Of a stretch of DNA of 24,000 bases, positions 7,958 through 15,382 are shown piece by piece. Position 1 is the stretch's first letter, and each line of letters starts with the position of its first letter. Origin of the DNA: Gammaproteobacteria bacterium. Its GTDB lineage: Bacteria; Pseudomonadota; Gammaproteobacteria; Pseudomonadales; Alcanivoracaceae. The stretch lies in assembly GCA_018067045.1 (NCBI GenBank), contig JAGPVL010000005.1:10501-34500 (forward strand). Direction: 5' to 3'. The position numbers were made by a program, and so were the translations under genes. The notes beneath the pieces are model-generated. The model ran no database searches and had not been told where the DNA came from. It was given only the letters and a program-made list of their open reading frames with translations.

Positions 7958-10045
7958 CTATGGCGCGCAATCAAGCCTGGTGGCTGCAATATATCCATAT
8001 GCCTTGGTGCGAAGCGCCTGATACCTTTCTTCGTTGGTTGTTAGGTCTGTCGTGGTTAACAGCCAATTCGTAATATCGTAGGTATCAAACCAGTACGCAC
8101 TGGATGCCAGTGTTTCGTCGGCAGGGTTAACCAAAACATTTGCACTGCATGCGGCGTTGGGGAGGAATCGAGCTCGGAAATGTGATCCGTATTTTGCGAT
8201 AGCGCTTTCTGTGCCGGTCGGCCCATAGTTAAAAACGACAATATTGATCTGTGCATCATCTAGATAACTCGGCGCCAAAGGGTCTGGGCCGCCAGGTATT
8301 ACACTGGAAATCATGCCGATAACATACTCACCTGGCGCAACGGCGCCGGGGGCCAAGCCTGTGTTACCGTCGCCTCCAGGAGGCGATATATCGGTCATGA
8401 TGGTTCCATCTTCGTGCACAGTAACCCGTGATTTTATCCCCGATGTATCAGGCTCGACGTCATCTGCGTCAGCTCTGGCGAGATAGTCTAACTCCAATAT
8501 TGCGGGTGCCGCGCCAAAAAAACTGTTCATTACAATGCTGTCCAGCTCGGGCATGACTAAGCCTTGGCGACGGTAGCTCAGTACAATTTGACCACTAATA
8601 TCAGCTCCGCAAAGGGTTGTCCCTATGAGAGATTTGTCCGTTGCGTTAACAAAATCGTGTGCTGGGGACGTATAGGCCAGCTGGTAATCGGTTAATGATG
8701 TTGAGCTATCGACCACGTCTGTCTTCACGTTTGAGTACGCAACGCCGTCTATAAATCTGCCAGATATCGTAGCGTCCCCTCCTCCGCTTAATGGATATAA
8801 TTTCATGTTTGAAAACTGAAGATTATCATTTAATGAAGCGGAGCCATCGAGCGTCAGATAGAGCGGCTTTTCGCTTGGACACAAACGGTCAACCCGAGAA
8901 GATGTCGGCGGCTCAGCACTACTATTTCCCTGAACAAAGCGCGCCACATCGAATGCTCCGCCTCCAATCATGCGGCCATATCGGTCAACCATCGCGTAGG
9001 GAAGAAATTCAACATCATTTATAATTGGGATTACATCCTGATAATCAGGGTCTTCAGGGTCCGTTACGTCGGGATTGATCCTCATATTGTTAGCTTGCAA
9101 TGTCGTCAACAGGAAATCGGATAACAAAGCTTCCGGTTTATAAATAGGTGGAGTAGAGCCTATCGCAGCCTCAAGAACGTGGTACAAGATGTAGTCAGAA
9201 TAAAATAAATCGAAACGATATATTCCCGCTGCCGTGCGCTCGTTAGCGTCAATTAAGCGTGCCTGAACCTCCGGCTCTGTCGGTAGCATGCCCACAGCTC
9301 CGGGACCAACATTGGCTTCCACTGTATCTAAAAAGTTTTGTGCGATGCCTATCGGATCAACAAAACTAACGAAAGGAACGTCGAAGTCTGGGAACGCAAC
9401 CACTGAATCAAACACCAAGCGATTGGCTTCGTCATTTATTGTAATAACGTCGTCGGACAAATCATTGTCCAGGCCATTCAATAGAGCGGAAATGTTTTGC
9501 GCAACCTGTCTGCTGGGAGCAGCGTTTGCCACAACATCACTCCTTACAGGCCCATCAAATAAATCGGCAATAGCATACAGATACGGGCCATCAGCATCGT
9601 AGCGCCCCACTATGTAACCGTCATCAAACTCGCACTCTTGTACATTTTCAGCGGTAAGATTTTTAGACACAGCGCGTCGAAACGCGCCGCTGCCCAGTTC
9701 AACTCGCTCGGTTTCTCCGCCAATAAAGAATGTGACACTGGTAGAGTTTAATGGGCACACAAACCGGTTTTGTGCTCTTTCATCTTCCAGCCCTGTGTCG
9801 CCAGTGTTTCCGAAAAATCCCCCGCAGGTAAAACCGATATTTTTGACGGTTCCGCCATCAATCAGATTTCCTACTACACGTGGTGAGCAAGGATTAGTCG
9901 GATCGAAATTAGGATCAGGGATCGTCGAGTCAATAATGGGCCCGCCTAAAATGGCATCGGAAAAATCTTCCTGGCCGTTACAGCCTGAAATTATTAGGGC
10001 AATTAAAACTAGCGCACCACTGACATAACTGTTCTGCATACTCAT
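7958..10045 (-). CDS. Large acidic lipoprotein of unknown function (FilF-like position; putative pilus system protein / hypothetical)
   Basis: The ORF track start at 10051 is TTG. The ATG at 10045 has AGGA 9 nt upstream. The N-terminus MSMQNSYVSGALVLIALIISG-C has an I-S-G-C lipobox with Asn at +2, so no Asp retention signal. The mature protein is about 670 aa, Asp-rich, with about 9 further Cys. I recognise no domain. It is the last gene of the cluster. Confidence 0.8.
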   Translation of the reverse strand: MSMQNSYVSGALVLIALIISGCNGQEDFSDAILGGPIIDSTIPDPNFDPTNPCSPRVVGNLIDGGTVKNIGFTCGGFFGNTGDTGLEDERAQNRFVCPLNSTSVTFFIGGETERVELGSGAFRRAVSKNLTAENVQECEFDDGYIVGRYDADGPYLYAIADLFDGPVRSDVVANAAPSRQVAQNISALLNGLDNDLSDDVITINDEANRLVFDSVVAFPDFDVPFVSFVDPIGIAQNFLDTVEANVGPGAVGMLPTEPEVQARLIDANERTAAGIYRFDLFYSDYILYHVLEAAIGSTPPIYKPEALLSDFLLTTLQANNMRINPDVTDPEDPDYQDVIPIINDVEFLPYAMVDRYGRMIGGGAFDVARFVQGNSSAEPPTSSRVDRLCPSEKPLYLTLDGSASLNDNLQFSNMKLYPLSGGGDATISGRFIDGVAYSNVKTDVVDSSTSLTDYQLAYTSPAHDFVNATDKSLIGTTLCGADISGQIVLSYRRQGLVMPELDSIVMNSFFGAAPAILELDYLARADADDVEPDTSGIKSRVTVHEDGTIMTDISPPGGDGNTGLAPGAVAPGEYVIGMISSVIPGGPDPLAPSYLDDAQINIVVFNYGPTGTESAIAKYGSHFRARFLPNAACSANVLVNPADETLASSAYWFDTYDITNWLLTTTDLTTNEERYQALRTKAYGYIAATRLDCAP

Positions 10046-10305
10046 TTCCAATTATCCTGAATCATTTCTAATCAGCCCCAAGTCGGAGCTTGCCTCCCCT
10101 GCAATCTTAAAAATAGGAGCTGACAATATATTTGGGGGCGTTAGCCCGAGAGACCTGATCCAATACATACATGCCGAGCGTCATATTATCGCCCTATTCT
10201 CATCGGGAAGGTGACGATGTTGCGATTTTTTACAGAGTCACACAAATCACTACAGAGTGCAGACCAGCCCACACAGCCCAAGTTCCTTGGAGCTTTACCG
10301 CTAGG

Positions 10306-11403
10306 CTAGTCAAACGAACCGTTTGTCGAGCGCACTACGGCCTCGCCCTTTTGCGACAGTGCCATATCCTGATCGCCAAAACGAAGCAGGCCTTTCTCTT
10401 GAGATAGGCGGCCCTTTTCGTCAAGCCGCGCATAGTCGATAAAAAACACAGCCCAAACCGCCTCTGGCTCAACCGGAATCTCGCCGATTAGATAAGCATT
10501 TGATGCCCACGTTTGTGGACGATGACGAGTAAACAGTTGGGCGACGCGAGCCAGTGGGACGCCCTTGTCATCAAGAAATAAAACTTGAGGATAAAGGTAG
10601 CCCCCGCTGTTCCAGCTCTGAACCTGAAGTGCTTTGGTGGAGCGAGTAAGTCGGAATGCCTGGGCAGGATAATAACCATCCAGCGTTACCCCAAACCGAG
10701 GGGCAGCAGCGACATTAAGCGCCAATTCGGAGTCATCATTGAGTGTGCGTGCGCTCTGTAACGGCTCTTTACAACAGTCGCTGCGTATACTGCTCCAGCT
10801 CGTAACGACGTCGGCAGCCGTTAACGCAACCTCGCCATTTTCTTGGGCACGCTCACGCTCCGTTTTAGCGGACTCTCTGGCTGCGACAACATCAACGGAA
10901 TGGGTCGTAAGCCTTCCCGTTTCATCTGGGTAGCTAACAAATCTCTGCCGCTCACGCTCCGCTATCTTCCCCTCTAGTTGATCGCTGGTGATATAGCTTT
11001 CATCTTCAGCTGCCCATAATTCGGCGGGATTTGAGGCCTCCTTAGCGCTGGCACCTGCCAGTAGTTCAGATTGCTCAGCAGTGGATATGCTCACGGGGCT
11101 TAACGTTGAGTTTTCAGTCGTGTTACCGGCACGGGCAATACTGCCGTCACCTAATTCTTGTTCGGGCGTGGCAACCGTTGCGGAATGTGTTTTGTCAGCC
11201 GCCGGGGAAACGGAAATAACATTACCCTGACCGTCTACATAAGAATAAAAACCACCACGCTCCGGCTTTTCTACGGCGCCGATGGCGGCATCTGTTTCGG
11301 TAGTGTTAAACGCGCATGCGGCTAAACACACATACGCTCCTAAGAACAAAAACGTCGTAGTGGGCGCCGTTAACGCCTTAGGAAAAAAAGGAGCGCCTGC
11401 CAT
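10306..11403 (-). CDS. Lipoprotein, putative pilus assembly protein FilE-like (MalM-like C-terminal domain)
   Basis: 365 aa with ATG at 11403. The signal ends in the L-A-A-C lipobox (FLFLGAYVCLAAC). The N-terminal half is low-complexity and rich in Ala/Ser/Thr/Glu. It contains two short motifs, FYSYVDGQGNV and FVSYPDETGRL. The C-terminal ~170 aa starts at a CC pair. Its stretch LQVQSWNSGGYLYPQVLFLDDKGVP resembles the MalM-family core (E. coli MalM ..SVFAPNVLILDQNMTP..), recalled from memory. Confidence 0.75.
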   Translation of the reverse strand: MAGAPFFPKALTAPTTTFLFLGAYVCLAACAFNTTETDAAIGAVEKPERGGFYSYVDGQGNVISVSPAADKTHSATVATPEQELGDGSIARAGNTTENSTLSPVSISTAEQSELLAGASAKEASNPAELWAAEDESYITSDQLEGKIAERERQRFVSYPDETGRLTTHSVDVVAARESAKTERERAQENGEVALTAADVVTSWSSIRSDCCKEPLQSARTLNDDSELALNVAAAPRFGVTLDGYYPAQAFRLTRSTKALQVQSWNSGGYLYPQVLFLDDKGVPLARVAQLFTRHRPQTWASNAYLIGEIPVEPEAVWAVFFIDYARLDEKGRLSQEKGLLRFGDQDMALSQKGEAVVRSTNGSFD

Positions 11404-11455
11404 GAGTTACATCCGTAACGAGATATGAGATTGGAAGGAGGATATTAGTACAACT

Positions 11456-11484
11456 GGGCATTCGGCGGAACGGCTCGAATGCCC
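11456..11484 (-). other. Intra-cluster stem-loop between the FadL-like gene and the FilE-like gene
   Basis: A perfect 9-bp stem, gggcattcg (11456-11464) / cgaatgccc (11476-11484), with an 11-nt loop. It starts 8 nt after the stop of the upstream gene. No U-tract follows on the minus strand, so it is more likely an mRNA-stability or processing element than a full terminator. Confidence 0.4.
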
Positions 11485-11491
11485 GGTGCTG

Positions 11492-13171
11492 TCAAAACGA
11501 AGTGCGGATAGCCAAACCAATAACCGTTACTTTCGCTTCTGTTTCGATATCTAGGCCCGCATAAGGGTTATAAACAACGTTGTCGATGCCGGTGCAGTTA
11601 GCAGCGCAGCTTGTATTGGCTGGGATTGAGTCCTTGGAATGGAGATAGCCAACACCTAAGTCAATTTCGGTGTCCTTGTCCCATTTATAACCAAGGCCAA
11701 GACTGTAATACTTGGCCTCGTTAATCGGCACTAGCGGGCTGCGACGATCATCTGGGATAGCCGATGAGCGAGGCTCAAAACCACCACGTAACTGGATACG
11801 ACCTGTAAGGTCATACTGAACGCCGTAAGCAAGGTTCCAGGAAGACTGAAACCCTAGCGGCATCTCCAGCAAGGTGTCTGTAGAGCCCGGCGAGAACAAG
11901 CGTGCCAACGCCGTGACAGCAGATGGACGGTCAAACTGAATACGAAATGCTTCCCACTCAGAATAATCTACCCAGACAAAGTCAACGTTGAACTGCAATT
12001 TTTCCAGCGGGCGAATTTTAATACCTGTCTGAAAATGCGCAGGGTTGGTGATGTCCATGCTCACCTTGCCGACATCATTCGCAGGTATTCGGCTAGGCAA
12101 GCCTAAGACAGAAAGGCCGATAACGCCTGTGGCGCTGCCGCCGATACCGTTAATAAATTCCTGGGTGCCGGTCGCATAGGAGATATTGTAATCGCCATTC
12201 ATGTGCACCTTGGAAGGCGCACGCCATACGGCGCCCCACGCGAAGCGCTCATGTGGCTCCCACAAAAAACCAACGTTGTAGGATGGGCTTAGCCTCTGAT
12301 CCATAGAGACCTCAACGGATGCCAAGCTCTTAAAGGGGCCCAGCCCTTCTTCTGGGCGACAAATGCCAAACAAAATGAGGTCCAACACGGCGTTGGATTC
12401 GCCTTTAAAAGGCTCGCAAATACTTTCGTCTAGGATGCGCGCAAAACCTAGAAGGTCATTGGGCGCACGGAAATCCGTTTCCAAATACATTGCTTGATAA
12501 GACAGCCCGATAGACGCACCGATAGATAATGTATCCGAAACCTTATAACCAAATGACGGCGACAAATACGTAATCCGCTCTAGCGCCACCCGTTTGCCGA
12601 GAAATCGACCTGGGTCATCATCGTCACGATAGAAGCCCGCAGCCATTGGCAAATACGTTGCGGTTGCGAACGTAAAACGGGAACCCGGTGGCCGAATCGA
12701 AAAAGACGGCAAAGGACCGGCAATCAATGGGCCTGGCGGCAAATCTACGATGTCATTAACAATCGGTATATAAAGCGATATACCCTCAACCGAACTCTTT
12801 CCCTCTTTAAACTCGGTACAATAATCCGCGCCCTGTGAGGGAGAATCGGCACAAACAATAGGGTCATCGGAAAAGCCAAACACGCCGTAATTTGGCGGAG
12901 CGTTAAACGTATTTTCGATAGAAAAATCAGCGCCAATGAATTGCAAATCCATGCGGCGACCTTCCAGACGAGTCAGACCCGCTGGGTTAAAGTGAATCGA
13001 CATGACGCCCGGCGGATCCGCCGTAACCGCATGTCCCATACTCATAGCCTTAACGTCAACCGCTAGGTTGGTAGCCAGCTGCGCGACGGCAGACATCGGC
13101 ATCAAGCCGCCGAGCGCTAACACTAACGCCAACAACGATGATCCGATTGAAGGTTTACATTTTATTATCAT
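11492..13171 (-). CDS. Outer membrane protein transport protein, FadL/TodX (Toluene_X) family, enlarged (FilD-like position)
   Basis: 559 aa. Signal peptide is MIIKCKPSIGSSLLALVLALGGLMPMSAVA|Q. The family-typical N-terminal hatch region carries the NPAG motif (AVTADPPGVMSIHFNPAGL). Beta-strand periodicity runs throughout. The C-terminal beta-signal ends in Phe (VIGLAIRTSF). Three closely spaced Cys pairs occur in inserted segments. Confidence 0.85.
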   Translation of the reverse strand: MIIKCKPSIGSSLLALVLALGGLMPMSAVAQLATNLAVDVKAMSMGHAVTADPPGVMSIHFNPAGLTRLEGRRMDLQFIGADFSIENTFNAPPNYGVFGFSDDPIVCADSPSQGADYCTEFKEGKSSVEGISLYIPIVNDIVDLPPGPLIAGPLPSFSIRPPGSRFTFATATYLPMAAGFYRDDDDPGRFLGKRVALERITYLSPSFGYKVSDTLSIGASIGLSYQAMYLETDFRAPNDLLGFARILDESICEPFKGESNAVLDLILFGICRPEEGLGPFKSLASVEVSMDQRLSPSYNVGFLWEPHERFAWGAVWRAPSKVHMNGDYNISYATGTQEFINGIGGSATGVIGLSVLGLPSRIPANDVGKVSMDITNPAHFQTGIKIRPLEKLQFNVDFVWVDYSEWEAFRIQFDRPSAVTALARLFSPGSTDTLLEMPLGFQSSWNLAYGVQYDLTGRIQLRGGFEPRSSAIPDDRRSPLVPINEAKYYSLGLGYKWDKDTEIDLGVGYLHSKDSIPANTSCAANCTGIDNVVYNPYAGLDIETEAKVTVIGLAIRTSF

Positions 13172-13204
13172 TATATATTTCCGGTCACAGCAGACAGGTC
13201 CGGA

Positions 13205-14257
13205 TTAAACACCAGACTTCAGGCCTTTAATATCTACAGGAATCGACATACCAAGTAGCACATCCGGTGAGTCCTCTGTTAGGCCATAACCAAAGCTAAA
13301 GTTGATAACACGGTTTTTTGCTGTGCGTAGACCAAGCGACATATTGACCACACTCGAAGTGGAGTCCTGAGATGGGACATAGTCCCCATTGGTGAACACG
13401 AAAGTTGACTCAAAATTATAGGACTGCTGATAGCTCGCACTAATGGACACTTCATAGCTTAGCGAATAAGCCAAGCCCATGGAAAAGCTGATGCTATCTC
13501 CGGTCTCAACTGCCTCAAGAACCCGGCTATTGCGAAGCTGTTGCAGGCCGGTTGCGTCGAAGGCGTGGGTGTAGCCCAGAGAGCCAAACAGTACTACGGG
13601 GTCTACTACCTTACTCATGCTGACACCGCCGCCAATAGAGTAATAACCCTTGCCGCTAGACACCTCTTTCCGCGTATCAATATCGTAGGGACTATCACCT
13701 GTGGCTGTCGACAGCGTAGTAAATAGCGTGGTGTTTACAGCACCAATTGTTACTGGGAATGGTTGATAGCGCAGCCCGAACGAGACATCACCAAGAGCGG
13801 CCTGAGATACATCCTTCTGGGTGTCATACTTATAGGAGACAGGGAAATTGGTGTTAAACGTTAGGTTGTTCCAAATGCCATAATCGAGCGATAAGTTCGC
13901 ACCAAACGAGTGCTGGGCATCATTTTCGATCCGAAAGCGAGTAATGTCACCGCTATCGTTAATGTTTAAATCAATGCGGTCATCGCGATAGTAAGAGTAA
14001 TTAGTGCCAAAATTCATGCCCGCCTGGCCGGCACGCAGCAATGAGTATTGTTTCTCGGTTGCTTGAAAAACCTCTTCAAGGTTTTTTTCCTGCGTGACGT
14101 CAGTGTCTTTTTGCTGCAAGGCGTCACGAGCATCGTCGGCAGCAGCTTGTTGATCCCCAGCGGACGAACCGCCCTCCTCTGCTACCGCGCTAAGCGGCAA
14201 ACAAAGCAATCCGGCTATTAGTAATCTGCCGCGCAATGTTTCCCCGAATTTGCTCAT
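13205..14257 (-). CDS. Outer-membrane beta-barrel 'transporter' (MetA-pathway-of-phenol-degradation-like family; FilC-like position)
   Basis: 350 aa. Signal peptide is ..LLIAGLLCLPLSAVA|EE. About 55 aa of acidic, helix-prone sequence follows (DQQAAADDARDALQQKDTDVTQEKNLEEVFQ). After that come alternating amphipathic strands rich in Y/S/G/N/F, typical of small OM barrels. Family assignment rests on pattern recognition only. Confidence 0.7.
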   Translation of the reverse strand: MSKFGETLRGRLLIAGLLCLPLSAVAEEGGSSAGDQQAAADDARDALQQKDTDVTQEKNLEEVFQATEKQYSLLRAGQAGMNFGTNYSYYRDDRIDLNINDSGDITRFRIENDAQHSFGANLSLDYGIWNNLTFNTNFPVSYKYDTQKDVSQAALGDVSFGLRYQPFPVTIGAVNTTLFTTLSTATGDSPYDIDTRKEVSSGKGYYSIGGGVSMSKVVDPVVLFGSLGYTHAFDATGLQQLRNSRVLEAVETGDSISFSMGLAYSLSYEVSISASYQQSYNFESTFVFTNGDYVPSQDSTSSVVNMSLGLRTAKNRVINFSFGYGLTEDSPDVLLGMSIPVDIKGLKSGV

Positions 14258-14293
14258 TGCCTAAACCCTTTTGTTATGTTTTTTTGTGGTCGA

Positions 14294-15103
14294 TCAATTC
14301 TTAAAGTAAGTACGAGTTGGGATATTTAACACTCTAATATCACCATACTCATCTTCTGTTTTTACGCGTACGATGGACGACGCACGATCTGCCTGATTTT
14401 CAATTGGCAACGTAAATACTGGAAACTCATGATAAGTCAGCTGGTTTATGGTGCGATCATCCAACAATCGAAGATCCCACTCGGTTAACTCAAGACTATC
14501 TTGCGGCTCAAAGCCGTTCGGGAACACGATAAACAAAACGTTATCAGTCCAGATCTCCTGAAACTTTTCCAGTGTAAACGAGATATTACCCAACGCAGGA
14601 TCGGCAACATAGACGTGCCCATCTTGGTATTTTTTCAACACGACAAAGTGTTTAAAGCCGCTATAGTGGATCGGCACGATTGCGGGGTGATCAAGCTCTT
14701 TGAGGTCATCTATGGACGCACGAAAACCACCGCTCGGGTGACCTAGCGCAGTGGACAGGCGCTTCATATCGAGAAGAGAAAAGCCGCGGCGGTCGACGAT
14801 CTTGTCGTATTCACCGTAGCGCATAAGGCCTTCCATGATCTGACGCTCATCGAGTTGTCGACCAAGATAGCCGTTCAGCACGGTTGTTAATGCCGCCGAA
14901 CCACAAGAATAGTCGTACGCTTGGCGCACAACATTTTGATATTTGAATTCAGAAACTGGCTTGACCATAACGCCACGCTCTTCAACCATCCCTTGCTTGG
15001 TAGGATGCTCGTAATACACGTAGCCTGCGGGCTTCGGTGTGACGTCTGAAGACTGCTCAATAGCAGTAAAAATCAGTAATACACCGAGAATGGTTTCCAA
15101 CAT
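14294..15103 (-). CDS. C39 family cysteine peptidase, stand-alone, exported (FilB-like position)
   Basis: 269 aa. All C39 catalytic elements are present in canonical spacing: Gln61 and Cys67 (RQAYDYSCGSAALTTVL; Cys codon at 14903-14905), His152 (GFKHFVVL; 14648-14650) and Asp168 (VYVADPALG; 14600-14602). An N-terminal hydrophobic segment (ILGVLLIFTAI) replaces the ABC-transporter context. A C-terminal extension of about 70 aa has unknown function. Confidence 0.88.
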   Translation of the reverse strand: MLETILGVLLIFTAIEQSSDVTPKPAGYVYYEHPTKQGMVEERGVMVKPVSEFKYQNVVRQAYDYSCGSAALTTVLNGYLGRQLDERQIMEGLMRYGEYDKIVDRRGFSLLDMKRLSTALGHPSGGFRASIDDLKELDHPAIVPIHYSGFKHFVVLKKYQDGHVYVADPALGNISFTLEKFQEIWTDNVLFIVFPNGFEPQDSLELTEWDLRLLDDRTINQLTYHEFPVFTLPIENQADRASSIVRVKTEDEYGDIRVLNIPTRTYFKN

Positions 15104-15143
15104 ACTGAGGATTCCGTCGTTATTCTTATGATTATTCGTGCTT

Positions 15144-15171
15144 ATTCTATTTTAGCGTTAGCGTCAGTCAA
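15144..15171 (-). promoter_or_regulatory. Candidate sigma70 promoter for the C39 peptidase and downstream genes
   Basis: Minus strand reads TTGACT (15171-15166), 16 nt, TAGAAT (15149-15144). That is 5/6 matches to each consensus hexamer, about 40 nt upstream of the ATG at 15103. The -35 is bracketed by an 8-bp inverted repeat, ttttagcg (15150-15157) / cgctaaaa (15173-15180). Confidence 0.4.
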
Positions 15172-15338
15172 CCGCTAAAACGCCTGTATATCGGCTTCAT
15201 AGCAGCGTCCCCTGACACAGCTTCAGCCCAGCGGACATGCTACCTTTATTATATGTTCAATGTGTTGGGATTTTGTAATCCACAATACAGTCAGGCGTGA
15301 TTAAAAACCGTACGGCCCCGTCCCGCCGCAGGCCTGAC

Positions 15339-15372
15339 TCTGGGCGCGTCACACCATAACGACGCGCCCAGA
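15339..15372 (-). terminator. Strong stem-loop immediately after the sulfotransferase gene
   Basis: A perfect 12-bp GC-rich stem, tctgggcgcgtc (15339-15350) / gacgcgcccaga (15361-15372), with a 10-nt loop. It starts 10 nt past the stop at 15383. No U-run follows on the minus strand, so termination efficiency is uncertain. Confidence 0.45.
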
Positions 15373-15382
15373 ATCCCACCGT

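Noticed and set aside
7601-8073. Small ORFs in and near the 7568-7957 spacer (66 aa minus at 7601-7801; 61 aa plus at 7888-8073; 77 aa plus at 7481-7714).
   Set aside because: None has an SD sequence. Their compositions are Arg/Leu/Ser-rich. Two overlap the ends of well-supported genes on the opposite strand. The region is better explained as terminator plus promoter space.
10081-10110. The sequence ggagcttgcctcccc in the 254-bp spacer, which superficially resembles the REP core (agcttgc).
   Set aside because: The flanks do not match the REP consensus, since there is no TCGC arm and no CCCACAAG tail. It was judged a chance similarity.
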